Positions 13,325 to 26,962 of a DNA stretch of 64,000 bases are shown piece by piece. Positions within the stretch are counted from its first letter, which is position 1, and each line of letters begins with the position of its first letter. The DNA comes from Octopus sinensis (lineage: Eukaryota). The translations under genes were made by a program, and so were the position numbers. The stretch lies in NCBI RefSeq assembly GCF_006345805.1, contig NC_043010.1, forward strand, positions 52,886,001 to 52,950,000, read 5' to 3'. Under the pieces are notes generated by a model. It searched no databases. It saw only the letters and a list, made by a program, of their open reading frames with translations, and was not told where the DNA came from.

Positions 13325-13859
13325 CCCTGATGTAGTACCAGGCAGTGGCTTTTATGGCTTCTCATCTTAACTGATTAGAAGAGTTATCATGTTTTCTTTT
13401 GGTATAAAAGACGGGCTACAGCAAATATTCTGCTCAATACCACAGATTTACTTGACTTTAACAAGTTGAGCATGTCCCTTAGTGGCTGATGATATGTGCA
13501 TCTCTGATCATGAGCAGAAGAAGTGGGGAAGCATCTTAGCCATGTATTGAGAGGGATTCTTTGGGGTTTGAATAATTCACCTCGGGAAACATGGGTGTTT
13601 CGTTCAACATACTTAAACAACTCTTATTCAGGGGCCTTTTCAGTGGGATGGGCTACTCAACCTGAAGAAAATTGTAACTGGGCCCCACCTGCAAGGACAT
13701 GTGCTGTTTATCTTGATATGAGATCACCATGTCGTGTACATATGGTTGTGATGCATGTGCCTAGTGTACCCTTATCAGACAGATAGTCATAATGGTTGTA
13801 CTGGGCTTCGTATATTGTACCCCAGTGTCACTCTGATGGCATATGCTGCTTTCTCACTC

Positions 13860-13860
<1 letters not shown>
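13324..13860 (+). mobile_element. ~540-bp retroelement-like repeat embedded in (AAT)n
   Basis: GCCCTGATG..CTCACTC bounded by (AAT)n on both sides; copies at 38448 and 43170. Confidence 0.8.
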
Positions 13861-13897
<37 letters not shown>

Positions 13898-14482
13898 CGA
13901 TAATTTTATGAATTTTCTCTAAGATGTACCTAAGTCTTGTTTTAAGAAAGGAAATATGTGATGCATTTCTCAAATCATGAGCAATAATAATAATAAGAAT
14001 AATTTCTTAGTTTGGCAAAGAGCCATGAATTGCTAGTCTTTTGATTAAATTCCAGTGCAAGAATGATATTTTGTATTTTCATATTTTATTATGATTTTTT
14101 TACTTTTGTTGACCCCTGGAGGGACAAAAGAAATGAGATCTTGGCAAGATTCAAACTCAGAATATGCCAGGGATAACTAAATATTTTAAAGTACTTAGTT
14201 ACAGTGGTTTACCATTTCCATAGACACTCCACATTACACCACTCCCCTTTCCCCCCAGAAATATTAAGCCAATTAAGTCTGTGTGGTCACTTGACCTATA
14301 GCTAGAAATAGCAGCCAAATCTCCCTCAAATCATTGCCTATCATCTTGGGAAAGGACACATTAAATAAAATTCTCCTGAGTTCACTTCATAAAATAAAAT
14401 TGGATTGCCATGGCTGTAATGCCTTTGATCATAGGTCAGTTTGATCAGGAGCTGAACTGAAGTTAAAAAGACAACAATATCT

Positions 14483-14863
14483 TATTTCATTTTTGGATTT
14501 GGTTTGCAAGATTCTTTATGTGAATTCGTGTGTTGAAGCATATTCTGTTGTGTCTGGAGAGAATCATTTCCTTTTTGTGCCTTATAATGTAACACACTCA
14601 CTGGTAAAATTTCCACTTATTTGTTATTTTTATTTTCCTAAAATTTTTGTTGCATCTTGCAATGGCCTTGACTATTGAAAAAGTTGCAAGATGCAACAAA
14701 AATTTTAGGAAAATAAAAAAAACAAATAAGTGGAAATTTTACCGGTGAGTGTGTTACATCATAGGGCACAAAAAGAAAATGACTTTCCCCAGACACAACA
14801 GAATATGCTTCAACACACGAATTCACATAAAGAATCTTGCAAACCAAATCCCAAAATGAAATA
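14483..14863 (+). mobile_element. Fold-back element with U3-A8 hammerhead variant (family P2)
   Basis: ~180-bp inverted arms; CTA-TTGAAAA-A-GTTGC-AAGAT-GCAAC-(G>A)AA-AATT-T-TAG at 14672-14708. Confidence 0.7.
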
Positions 14864-14928
14864 CATATATATACATACATATATATATAATATATATATA
14901 CATATATATATAATATATACACACACAC

Positions 14929-14981
<53 letters not shown>

Positions 14982-15457
14982 TATATGTAAGTGCCTTTTA
15001 TGTGTCGCTAGTACTGGCTACGACTACGATTTCACTTGGCTTGACATGTCTTCTCAAGCACAACAAATTGCCAAAGAACTCAATCACTTGTCATCGCCTC
15101 TGTGAGACTCAGCATTTGAAGATCTGGCTTCACCACCTCATCCCATGTCTTTCTGGGTCTACCTCTTCTACAGATGCACTCCACAGTTAGAGATCAGCAC
15201 GTTTTTACACAGATGCCCTCGTTCATACACATCACATGATGATACAAGCGCAATCATCTCTCTTGCACACCACATTTCTTGCCGCTTAGGCTCAATTTTT
15301 CTCTCAAGACATTTAGGCTACAGAAAAACACGGTTGCCAGGTGTGCCATGCAGTGTGATGTAACTGAACCCAGAACCATGTGATTGGGAAGTAAACTTCT
15401 GATCACACAACCACGCCTGCACCTGATATGAAAACCTGACATACATATATATCTCTA

Positions 15458-15850
15458 CTAGCTGTATCGCCCAGCGTTGCTCCGGTTTGTTTCGACCCTT
15501 TAGAATTGGAATTTTTGAAAAGTAAAAATTTTCCATTATGTAGCTTGTTATACTTTTTAAGTGAATATTTTTCTGGTTGAAATACACCGAAATATGGCGT
15601 CACAGCAGTAAAAAAATCGTAAAAAATAGGGATTTTCATAGAAAAAAAGTACCTTTTTGATGTAAATAATTTTTTGGTCTTAACATGATCTGATTTGAAA
15701 TTTTTCTTCTACGGAAGGAAGAGTAAGCCTTCTTCTATCATACTCTCAATTTTGGTCAACTTGCGCTGCAGGGTCTCGGAGGAAATAGTGTTAGTTGAAG
15801 GCTACCAAACCTGCCACACACAGACAACTTCAGCTTTATATATATAGAGA
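15458..15850 (-). mobile_element. Non-autonomous Helitron
   Basis: Minus strand: 5' TC, subterminal GC hairpin, 3' CTAG, inserted between A and T; sister copy at 54750. Confidence 0.85.
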
Positions 15851-16036
15851 TGTGTGTGAGTGTATATTTGTGTGCATGTGCACATGTACATTATATCATT
15901 TATTCTGTTTCCTGGTTTCAGCTATCTGTCTAGCACCATACTGGAGTTCACCTTCAAGGGATTTTGTTGAATTTATCATCCTTGGCCCAACACATTATAT
16001 CCACATTCACCTAATAAATTCATGCACACACATACA

Positions 16037-16371
16037 CACACACACGTGTATCTGTACGCATATACAAAATATGTGTGTATATATATATATATTAATATAT
16101 ATATACATGTGAGTATGTATATATACACATTTTTAGGTATACATACTCATACACTTCTATATATGCCTGTATATTACACATACAACATATATATGATATA
16201 TAGTATATATGATACACACATGTATAATGGGGTATGCAATGCAAATAAAGGTATATGTGTGTATTTATATATGTGATATATATATACACACACACACATA
16301 ATATATACATACTCTACAGATCATTTATATGCCTTGCATATACATACACAGATAATGATGTATGTATTGTA

Positions 16372-16408
<37 letters not shown>

Positions 16409-16873
16409 ATGTATATTGGTGTGTGGTATTATTAAAGATACTATATATATATATATAATATAATTTTACCTACATATATACACATATACATGTGTATGTA
16501 TATATATATATCGACGAGAGAGAGAGAGAGAGAGAGAAAGAGAGTACAGAAAAAACATATGAAGATAGATGCTAGCTAGACAGGTAGATAGGTAAATAAA
16601 TAAATAAGCGCATAAAAAAATTACACTCTTTTCTCTCTCACCCTCTCTCTCCTTCACTTCCCCTCCCCCTATCTCTGTGTCACTCTTTCTCTCTTTCCTT
16701 CTCTCTCTCTCATTTCCTCTTTCAAACATACACACACACACGTGTCTGTACGCATATACAAAATATGTGTGTATATATATATATAATATTATATTATACA
16801 TGTGAGTATGTATATACACATTTTAGGATATACATACTCATACACTTATATATATGCCTGTATTACATACATA

Positions 16874-16905
<32 letters not shown>

Positions 16906-17053
16906 GTATAATGTGGGTATGCAATGCAAAAAAGGTATATGTGTGTGCATTTATATATGTGTATATATATACACACACACACAATATATATACATACTCA
17001 TACACATACATTTATATGCCTGCATATACATACACAGATATATGCATGTATGT

Positions 17054-17086
<33 letters not shown>

Positions 17087-17207
17087 TATATATATGGATT
17101 ATATATAGGTGTGTGGGTATGTATTAAAGATACTATATATATATATATATATATAATTTTACCATACATATATACACATATACATGTGTATGATATATAT
17201 ATATATC

Positions 17208-17240
<33 letters not shown>

Positions 17241-17442
17241 TACAGAAGAAAAACATATGAAGATAGATGCATAGCTAGACAGGTAGATAGGTAAATAAAT
17301 AAATAAGCGCATAAAAATATTACACTCCTTTTCTCTCTCACCCTCTCTCTCCTTCACTTCCCCTCCCCCTATCTCTGTGTCACTCTTTCTCTCTTTCCTT
17401 CTCTCTCTCTCATTTCCTCTTTCAAACATACACACACACACA
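16037..17442. repeat. Two ~700-bp tandem copies of a microsatellite-rich segment
   Basis: Unique anchors (GGTATGCAATGCAAA, TATTAAAGATACT, CCCTCCCCCTATCTCTGTGTCACTC) occur twice, ~700 bp apart. Confidence 0.85.
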
Positions 17443-17961
17443 CCTTTATTCTTTCCAGAATTCCATCATTTTTTCATACATCAAATCAGTGACCCCAAAA
17501 AAAATGTCCCTGTTCCCCTTCTCGTTGACTAAGTACTTTACGGTAGGTGAAGTGAAGCTGGAATGACAGAACTCTAAGCTCGACAAAGTGCAATAAAGGT
17601 GCAGTCATGTGTCAAACAGCAACTGCACTTGCACACCAGAGACAGTTGGACATGCAATTTAATAGATAACGCAGCCACTCTCTTTTACATATATATATAT
17701 ATTTATATGTATGTGCATGTGTGTGTGTGTATGTACATATACATATGTATTGTGTATATATACAAGATTATATATGTGTATAAATATCTGTATGTATAAA
17801 TATATGAGTATAAATAAATATTATATATAGATATATATATATATATATATATATAGATATATATATATATAATATATATATATATATGTTATATATGCAT
17901 ATATATATCATATATATATATATATGCGTTGACATGTATATATATGTATCTGTAGGTGGGC

Positions 17962-17997
<36 letters not shown>

Positions 17998-18029
17998 ATA
18001 TATATGTATATATGTATGTATGTATGTAT

Positions 18030-18410
18030 CTTTTATTCTTTTACTTGTTTCAGTCATTTGACTGTGGCCATGCTGGGGCACCACACCTTTAGACGAACAA
18101 ATCGATCCCAAGACTTATTCTTCGTAAGCCTAGTACTTATTCTATTGGGCTCTTTTTTCCAAACTGCTAAGTTACAGGGACGTAAACACACCAGCATTGA
18201 TTGTCAAGCAATGGTGGGGAGACAAATACAGACACAAACACACACACACATATATACGATGGGCTTCTTTCAGGTTCCGTCTACCAAATCCACTCACAAG
18301 GCTTTGGTCGGCCAAAGACTATAGTAGAAGACACTTATCCAAAATACCACGTAGTGGGACAACCCAGAAATATATGCTTGCTAAGAAAACTACTTACCAT
18401 ATAACCACTC
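18030..18410 (-). mobile_element. SINE-A, near full length
   Basis: Reverse match to 35498-35907. Confidence 0.85.
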
Positions 18411-18589
18411 AGTTACCAGCTTCAAATAAATAAGAATATCATCATTTCCACACCCATGTTGTTCTTGCTAGTCCACTCATTTTACAGGCAACCCATTTTA
18501 GATTTTAAAAATATGTAATTTAAATAGAAAATTACTATTTGTTAATCTCAATGAGAGACATTCAGTAACAGTTTTGTTTGTTTGTTCTT

Positions 18590-18875
18590 TCTTGTGTCAT
18601 GTCTGGCTCATAAGGGCCGGTTTCCTGGTTTCCTTGGTGTATAGGTTCCTCACCTGGACAGGATGCCGGTCCGTTGCAGGTGAGCTGCAAGATGCAGGAG
18701 GAAAGAGTGAGAGAAAGTTATGGCGAAAGATTCAGCAGAAGTTCACCATTACCTTCAGTTGTAGCTGTGTTGAGCTTAGGTGTTTCGCTCAAAAAACACA
18801 CATCGCCTGGTTTGAGATTTGAACCCGCGATCCCTCAACGAGTCTGCTGCTCTAACCACTTGGCTATGTGCTTCC
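18590..18875 (-). mobile_element. SINE-C-related copy
   Basis: tRNA head rc (CTAACCACT..TTTGAACCC) and GAGAGAAAGTT body shared with 39680. Confidence 0.7.
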
Positions 18876-19286
18876 ACATTCAGTAACAGTACTCTAGAGT
18901 AAAGATTATTATTTGCCAACAAAATGGGGCAGTCCTGGTTAGGATGAATGCTGCTGCTATTTAACCCCAGGAAACATCGTCTCCAGATGGTTAAACGTTA
19001 CACTATCTGTGTCCTTATATTTTCGAACAAGGAGTTTAGTATCCCCACTCAGCACAAAACAATATCTGTGTACCGAATATGTAATCGTTATTGAGACAAA
19101 ACCCAGAAAATGGTAATTTCTTTCCTTAAAAGTTTAAACTAAAGTCAAAAGTTAAATTTTATAAATTGTCGAGAAATAAAATTCACAAAAATGCCAATGA
19201 GGAGCCGGAGACAAAGGTGAAAAATGTTGATGAAGAAATGGTGGATGAATTGAATGAAGCCAATCAGAAAGTAGTAGAGGAAATTA

Positions 19287-19946
19287 TTGGGTTGTCCGGA
19301 AAGTTTGTGCCGATTTTTAAAGGAATGAAAAAGGTCAATAAATACTTGCCATTACATTTTTAATCAACCAAATATGAACCATTTTGTTGCACAATGTGTC
19401 TCCATCTTTCCTTTACCTTGAAAATACCCTCTTCCCAGAATTGAGGTGGTTTCATGGCAAAGAATTCATCAAGGTATCTTTTTACATCATCCAAGGAAAT
19501 TTTAAATTTTTACCATTAAGACTATTCTGCAGAGACCTGAATAAGTGGAAATCCGAAGGAGCAGTATCTGGTGAATATGGAGGGTGGGGTAACACATCCC
19601 AGCCGAGCTGCAGCAATTTTTTTCTGGTTCCACAAAGCATCAAGTACCGAAAATGAACTTTCTTATCTTCTATTTTAAAGGGTTACAGAATTAACACTGT
19701 TGCCAGCCTTGCCTGGCCCCCGGGCCGGCGGCACGTAATAAGCACCATCCGATTGTGGCCGTTTGCCAGACTCGTCTGGCACGTAAAAAGCACCCACTAC
19801 ACTCACGGAGTGGTTGGCGTTAGGAAGGGCATCCAGCCGTAGAAACATTGCTGGATCAGACTGGGCCTGGTGCAGCCTTCTGGCTTCCCAGACCCCACCC
19901 AGTTGAACCGTCCAGCCCATGCTAGCATGGAAAGCGGACGCTAAAC

Positions 19947-20003
<57 letters not shown>

Positions 20004-20156
20004 ATAGGAACATAAACCTTCTACCACGAAATGACAGCTTAAACTGTGCTCTAAATGGAAGTGTAGTCAAATCCTATTTTATGGACTCAAACATGTTTTA
20101 AAATAGGTCGAAAGGTAAGCTGCTATAAATCGGCACGAACTTTCCGAACAAGCCAA
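19287..20156 (-). mobile_element. Internally deleted mariner transposon interrupted by a SINE-D
   Basis: TA-flanked TIRs TTGGGTTGTCCGGAAAGTTTGTGCCGATTT / AAATCGGCACGAACTTTCCGAACAAGCCAA; minus strand reads EDKKVHFRYLML then LLQLGWDVLPHPPYSPDTAPSDFHLFRSLQN (mariner YSPDLAPxD motif). Confidence 0.92.
19700..20002 (+). mobile_element. SINE-D with (GAT)n tail, nested in the mariner
   Basis: Same blocks as 4165-4443. Confidence 0.85.
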
Positions 20157-20384
20157 TAGTTTGAGTCCAAATTCATTGAGATACGTCATGAGCACATCAT
20201 GAATCTATTCATAAACCATGATTGAGATGAGCTTCATGTCATCAAGACAATTCAAGCATCATGTGAAGTGTAAATGTTGTCTCCTTTGCCCCGTCTTTTG
20301 CTAACTTTGAGGCCCCCAGACATTGGTAATCAGAAGAGTGGTCGGGAAATAAAGCAGAAGACTTATAATAAACAACCATGTAAA

Positions 20385-20997
20385 CATCATCATCATCATC
20401 GTTTAACGTCCGTTTTCCGTGCTAGCACGGGTTGGACGGTTCGACCGGGGTCTGGGAAGCCAGGGGCTGCACCAGGCTCCAGTCTGATCTGGCAGAGTTT
20501 CTACAGCTGGATGCCCTTCCTAATGCCAACCACTCCGCGAGTGTAGTGGGTGCTTTTTACGTGCCACCTGCACAGGTGCCAGGGGGGTCCGGCATCGGCC
20601 ACGATCGGTTGGAGCTTTTAACGTGCCACCGGACATGAAGCCAGCCAAGGCGGCGCTGGCAATGGCCACGTTCGGATGGTGCTTTTTATGTGCCACCGGC
20701 ACAGAAGCCAGTCGGAGCGGCGCTGGCATCAGCCATGTTCGGATGGTGCTTTTTATGTGCCACCGGCACAGAAGCCAGTCGAGGTGGCGCTGGCAACAGC
20801 CACGTTTGGATGGTGCTTTTTATGTGCCTCCGGCACAGAAGCCAGTCGGGGCGGCGCTGGCAACGGCCATGTTCGGATGGTGCTTTTCATGTGCCACCGG
20901 CACAGAAGCCAGCCAAGGCGGGGCTGGCAACGGCCACGTTCGGATGGTGCTTTTTATGTGCCAGCGGCACAGAAGCCAGTCGAGGTGGCGCTGGCGT
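20385..20997 (-). mobile_element. SINE-D with internal 67-bp tandem array (~6 units)
   Basis: GGATGGTGCTTTT recurs at 67-bp spacing (GCT at 20681, 20748, 20815, ...). Confidence 0.85.
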
Positions 20998-21815
20998 AAA
21001 CAACAACAAAAAAAAATGAAACAACCAAATAACTTTAATAAAATTTTTAATATATTTTTTAAATATTTTGAAGTTTTTTCTTCCATTGATATTCAAATGG
21101 CAATGATCTTTTTGAAAATCATTTAAATAAAAATAAATATTTTTTCATATCACAAATTTGACTATGATAAATTTTTAATGCCCAATTCCATTAATTTATC
21201 AAATTTTAATATATTTGATTAATTTTTCCTCACATAATTCAGTCTTAAATTTGGTACTAAGCAGTCATATTTATTAAATATTTGTATTGATTAATTTTTG
21301 CAATTGGTTACAAAAATAATCATAAATAATTCTTCGTCTAAGAATTAGACATAAATATTATTTTGAAAATGCTAAGTGAAATGTACAATTTAATGAACTT
21401 AAATTGACATAATTTATGTCTTAAATCTAAGAATAATCTTATTATTCTTAAAGTATCTTAAAACCTTCATAAAATTTGAAAGCAAAATGATATCTTTTGC
21501 ACCTTAACTTGTACCCAAAACCACAAAATTTTCACTTAAAAATCTGCTCTCTACATATAAGTTATTAACATACATACTTTCAAAATATTGAAAAATTGGG
21601 AAACTAGGGCAATACCACCCTCGCTTGACAACCGATGGTGGTGTGTTTATGTCCCCATAACTTAGCGGTTCGGCAAAAGGTACTGATAGAATAAGTGCTA
21701 GGCTTACAAAGAATTAGTCCTGGGGTCGATTTGCTCGACTAAAGGCGGTGCTCCAGCATGGCCACAGTCAAATGACTGAAACAAGTAAAAGAGTATATAT
21801 ATATATATATATAAT

Positions 21816-21846
<31 letters not shown>

Positions 21847-22550
21847 TTAGGGAATATGATTCCAAACTTACAGGGAAAAATTCAGTTTAGTAATACTAAA
21901 TCAAATTTCACAATATATAATACATGTATATAAATTAGAGAAGAACCTCCATGTAGCAATTCAACAATGATATACTTAAATCATACCATATAGAAAAAAA
22001 ATTAAAGATACGATGAAACATTTACCTAGAACTAAATTAAGTACGAAATAATAAATAAATAGTATAAATAAATAGTGAGAGCCCGCGAGTATTTGCGTAT
22101 ACAGACATGTTTTACTCTTATTGCTTATTTTTTACACTTTTTTTACACATTTTTCTGTTTTTTGCCTTTAGCCCTGTTTTTTCTTGTGCATGTGTGTATA
22201 TAGATGTGTGCATGAACCTGTTTTGTGCACGTGCGTGTGTGTGTGTGCAAGTGTGTATGCAGGTATGTATATATATTTTTTATCGAATGTGTGGGTGAGT
22301 ATGTGTGTGTTTCAAGTGAGAGTGGATAGTATATACATATAGGTGCATATACATGGGTGTGCGTGTGCACATGTGAATGTATGGATACATGCACTTACGC
22401 AATTACTATGAACATTCTTACTCCCTTACCTTTACTCCCTCCCCTTACTTAGTGGTCATTCTAATAGCTCTTTTGTCTTAATAACGGTCAATCTCACAGT
22501 TATTTCCTTTTGTTTTAACGGTCATTTTCATAGCACTTTTTCGATGGCCC

Positions 22551-22720
22551 AATAACTGAACAGATGCCGGCTTGGGTTTCTGCCCCAATATCCAAAACTC
22601 GGAGTTTTATCATGGCTACCGAATAATTGTCACATATTATATTTACAGATAAATTCCTCTATTTACATAAAATCGAGGTCTCCTTCATTCTTTTGTTGTC
22701 TTGCCATTTCTATCAATAAT
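22551..22720 (+). mobile_element. Single-arm copy of hammerhead family P6
   Basis: AATAA-CTGAACA-GATG..ATCC-AAAACTCGGAGTTTTATC and tail match 63104-63376; ends in (TA)n. Confidence 0.7.
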
Positions 22721-22918
22721 ATATATATATATACATATATATATATAGTTTGATTTGAAAACCCCACTAGAATGGGAGAAAGCGCTAATACATGATCTAA
22801 GTTATATGATATATAAAAAATGTAATATACAAATAAATATCTGTAAATATAAACCATCTGATTTTCTGAGTACCTCATTTCTTCTAATATAAAATACCTG
22901 TACATCATCTCCAAACCT

Positions 22919-22958
<40 letters not shown>

Positions 22959-23109
22959 CGAGCTTCTTTCAGTTTCCGTCTACTAATCCACTCAAGGCTT
23001 TGGTCAACCTGAGGTTATAGTAGAAGACACTGTCCCATGGTTCCACACAGTGGGACTGAACCTGGAACCATGTGATTGGGAAGGAAACTTCTTATCCACA
23101 GCTACGCCT

Positions 23110-24244
23110 GCACATATATGTGTATGTTGAAATGAATAAATGTATGTGAATGCATTTGAATGTATGTGTGTGGATGGTTGGTTGGTTATGCGTATATGTG
23201 AATGTGTAAACGGATGTAAATGTATATGTGTGTGTATGTAAATGTGCATATGTGTATGCATGCATATTATGTGTGTGTCTCTATGGATGAGGTGCAAATG
23301 TATGTGTGTGTGTGTACGTATATGTAGTTATGTGCATGTATGTAAATCTATTTCTGTGTATGACTCTGTGTGTGTGTGTGTGTGTGACTGTGTGTGTGTT
23401 TCTGTGTGAGCATAGTTATGCGTATGTGCAAATGTATGTGCAAATATTTCTGTGTGGGAATGTGCGAGTGTGTGTGCGTTTCTGTGTGTTTGTGTGTGTT
23501 TGTGTGTGTTTGTGTGCATCTGCATGTGTATGTGTGTATAGTTGGTTATGTGTATGTGCAAATGTATAAATAGTATGTGAATATATTTATGTGTGGGAGT
23601 GTGTGTGTGTATATGCACATGTGTATGTATGTGTGTGTTTCTGTGCATATGCGTGTGTGTGTGTGTTTGTGTGTCTGCATAGTTGGTTATGTGTACGTGC
23701 AAATGCATAAATGTATGTGAATATATTTCTGTGTGGGAATGTGTGTGTATATGTGTGTGAGTGTGTTTCTGTGTGTTTGTGTGTGTGTGTGTGTTTGTAT
23801 GTATGTGTGTGCATCTGTGTGTGTGTGTGCGTGTTTGTATGTATGTGTGTGTGTGTGTTTGTGTGCATCTGTGTATGTGTGTGTGTTTGTGTGCATCTGT
23901 GTATGTGTGTGTGTGTGCATAGTTGGTTATGTGTATGTGCAAATGTATAAATGCATGTGGATATATTTCTGTGTGGGAATGTGTGAGTGTGTGTGTGTCT
24001 GTGTGTGTGTGTGTGTGTTGTATGTATGTGTGTGTGTTGTGTGCATCTGTGTATGTGTGTGTGTTTGTGTGCATCTGTGTATGTGTGTGTGTTTGTGTGC
24101 ATCTGTGTATGTGTGTGTGTGTGCATAGTTGGTTATGTGTATGTGCAAATGTATAAATGCATGTGGATATATTTCTGTGTGGGAATGTGAGTGTGTGTGT
24201 GTGTGTGTCTGTGTGTGTGTGTGTGTGTGTATGTGTGTGTGTGT

Positions 24245-24288
<44 letters not shown>

Positions 24289-24498
24289 CTGTGTGTTTGT
24301 ATGTATGTGTGTGTGTTTGTGTGCATCTGTGTGTGTGTGTGTGTGTGTGTGCGTGTGTTTGCATAGGATATCGGTTCCCAGGTAGACATATTGAAAACTT
24401 GAAATTTCTTTCAGGAAGTGTCTGCAGAGACAGGTTTTGCTGATCACATTGCCGAAATAACAAAAGATACCAACTCTCTTGAGGAATTCTTATATCTG

Positions 24499-24570
<72 letters not shown>

Positions 24571-25028
24571 GTGTTTGTGTGTTTGTGTGAGTGCATGTGT
24601 ACACACAGCATCTTATGTGCCTTTGTGGTAAATATAATCTGGCAACGCATTTATGGATATGCGTTTGTGCCTTTATATGTGTGTGTGTTTGTGTGTGTGA
24701 GTGTGTGTGTGTGTGTGAGTGTGTGTGTGTGTTTGTGATTAAGAAGCAGTAACATTTGTGTATGTGTGTCTTTGTGCATGTCCTTCTACATATGCAAGTG
24801 TGTGTGTGTGTGAGTTTGCGTGCATGTGTACACACTATGGCGTATGCATTCATATGTATGTGTGTGTTTGTGTGTGTCTGTGTTGTATATGTGTGTGTCT
24901 TTCTGTTTCTCTATATATGTCTGGGCTTGTGTATGTGTGTATGTGTGTATGTGTGCATTTATGTGTGTGTGTTTATGTGTGTCTATGTTGTGTATGTGTT
25001 TTCTATTTCACTTTATATCTATGTCTGG

Positions 25029-25060
<32 letters not shown>

Positions 25061-25805
25061 ATTTACATGTGTTTTTGTGTGTGTGCATGTGTGTATGTGT
25101 GTTTATGTGTGTATGCATGTATGTTAGTGTGCATGCACATGTATGTGTGTGTATGTGAATTTGTGTTTGTGTCTATGTACGTGTATATGCATGTTTGTAT
25201 GTATGTGAGTATATGCATGTATGTGCACATTTCTGTGGGTGCATACTTATGTGCATTTGTGCATGCATGTATGAATATGTGTGTATTTGTATTCACATGT
25301 GCCCCTGTGTGTGCATATGTGTATGCATTTGTGTTTGTATATGTGTGTGTGTGTCTTTGTGTGTGTGTATGTGTGTATGCTTACTGATGTTATACATTTG
25401 CATTCATGTATGCATGTATGTACATATCTATGAATGTATATACGTACATATGGATGTATGCATGTATGTACGTATATACATATGTAACATATGTATGTAC
25501 ATACGTACCTATGTATGTATGTATGTAAGTATGTATGTATGTCCATATATATATATGTATGTACCTATGTACGTATGTATGTATGCATGTATGCATGTAC
25601 GTATGTATGTACATATGTATATATGTAAGTATGTACATATGTATGTATGTATGTGTGTATGTATGTACGTATGTATATATGTATGTACATATGTATGTAT
25701 GTATGCATGTATGCATGTATGTATGTATGTACATATGTATATATGTATGTATGTACATATGTATGTATGTATGTGTGTATGTATGTACGTATGTATATAT
25801 GTATG

Positions 25806-25839
<34 letters not shown>

Positions 25840-25987
25840 TGTACATATGTATGTATGTATGTATGTGTGTATGTATGTATGTACGTATGTATATATATAT
25901 ATGTATGTATATATGTATGTATATATGTATGTATGTATGTACGTACGTATGTATGTATGTATGTGTGTACGTATGTATGTACGTATG

Positions 25988-26020
<33 letters not shown>

Positions 26021-26095
26021 GTATGTGTGTGTCTATGTATGTATGTATGTATGTATGTATGTATGCATGCATGCATGTATGTATGTGTGTATGTT
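23110..26095. repeat. Large degenerate (TG)n/(TATG)n domain with higher-order units
   Basis: Visible periodicity; anchor motif ATAGTTGGTTATGTGTA recurs. Confidence 0.9.
24415..24498 (+). CDS. Candidate 84-nt internal exon ([28 protein letters not shown]), product unknown
   Basis: Unique island inside (TG)n; TTTCTTTCAG acceptor, open frame, weak GTCTGT donor; no homology recognised. Confidence 0.2.
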
Positions 26096-26433
26096 GCTAC
26101 TGATGTGTAGCTCCAGGTAAGACCTGACTGATCAAAGCCTAAGATCAAGGAGGTTCCAGCTGTGACCATCCCATCTTTTTATTTTTATCATGTACAACAT
26201 AATTCCAGCATGTCTTTCTTTTATTTAAGACATGATACACACACACACACACACATACACACACACACACATACACACACACACAGTTGTGTGTGTGTGT
26301 ATATTCAAGAAGTACACACTGCCACAAGAGAGTTGGTCTGGGATTCCAGTGTTGCTGAGTGTGCAGGATTGATGCTTACACTGCAATAAGTGATGAGTGA
26401 TGAATGACGAGTGATGGGACCCGCCCAACTTAC

Positions 26434-26442
26434 GTCCAGCAT
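26434..26442 (-). CDS. Candidate micro first coding exon (MLD, phase 0)
   Basis: Minus strand CACC-ATG-CTG-GAC|GTAAGT. Confidence 0.3.
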
Positions 26443-26962
26443 GGTGAAGCAGAAACAAAAATAGCAGTGATGATGATGATGATGATGATGATGATAGTGT
26501 TGGTGTTTGTGTGAGTGGTAGTGGTGGTGGTGGTAAAGCTGCTGCTGCCACTGCTGCTACGGTGGCTGGCAGTGGTCATTGTGATAAGGACGATGATGAT
26601 AATGATGACGATGATGATGATGACGATGAGACAATGTCATTGATAATGATGAAAGTTGATAATAATGACAACGATGATGATAATGATGGTGATATGATGA
26701 TGATGACAATGATGATGGCAATGATAATGATGAGGATGATGATAATGATAATAATGATAATAATAATGATGATGATGATAACGGCATTGATGATGACAAA
26801 GAGGATAACAAAGAAAATGATGATGATGATGATGATTAATAATGAAGATGTTGGCAGTGATGACAATGTTGATGACACCAGGGCATATCCACACATTACT
26901 GGGTATATCTCCAAATCCCTCTTCCAAATCCAGGACAAACCGTCTTTTGTGACTTTTTGGCT

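Noticed and set aside
19384-19656. Plus-strand 90-aa ORF
   Set aside because: Antisense shadow of the mariner transposase remnant
23306-26169. ORFs of 100-350 aa rich in CV/HT/YVCM
   Set aside because: Translations of (TG)n/(TATG)n
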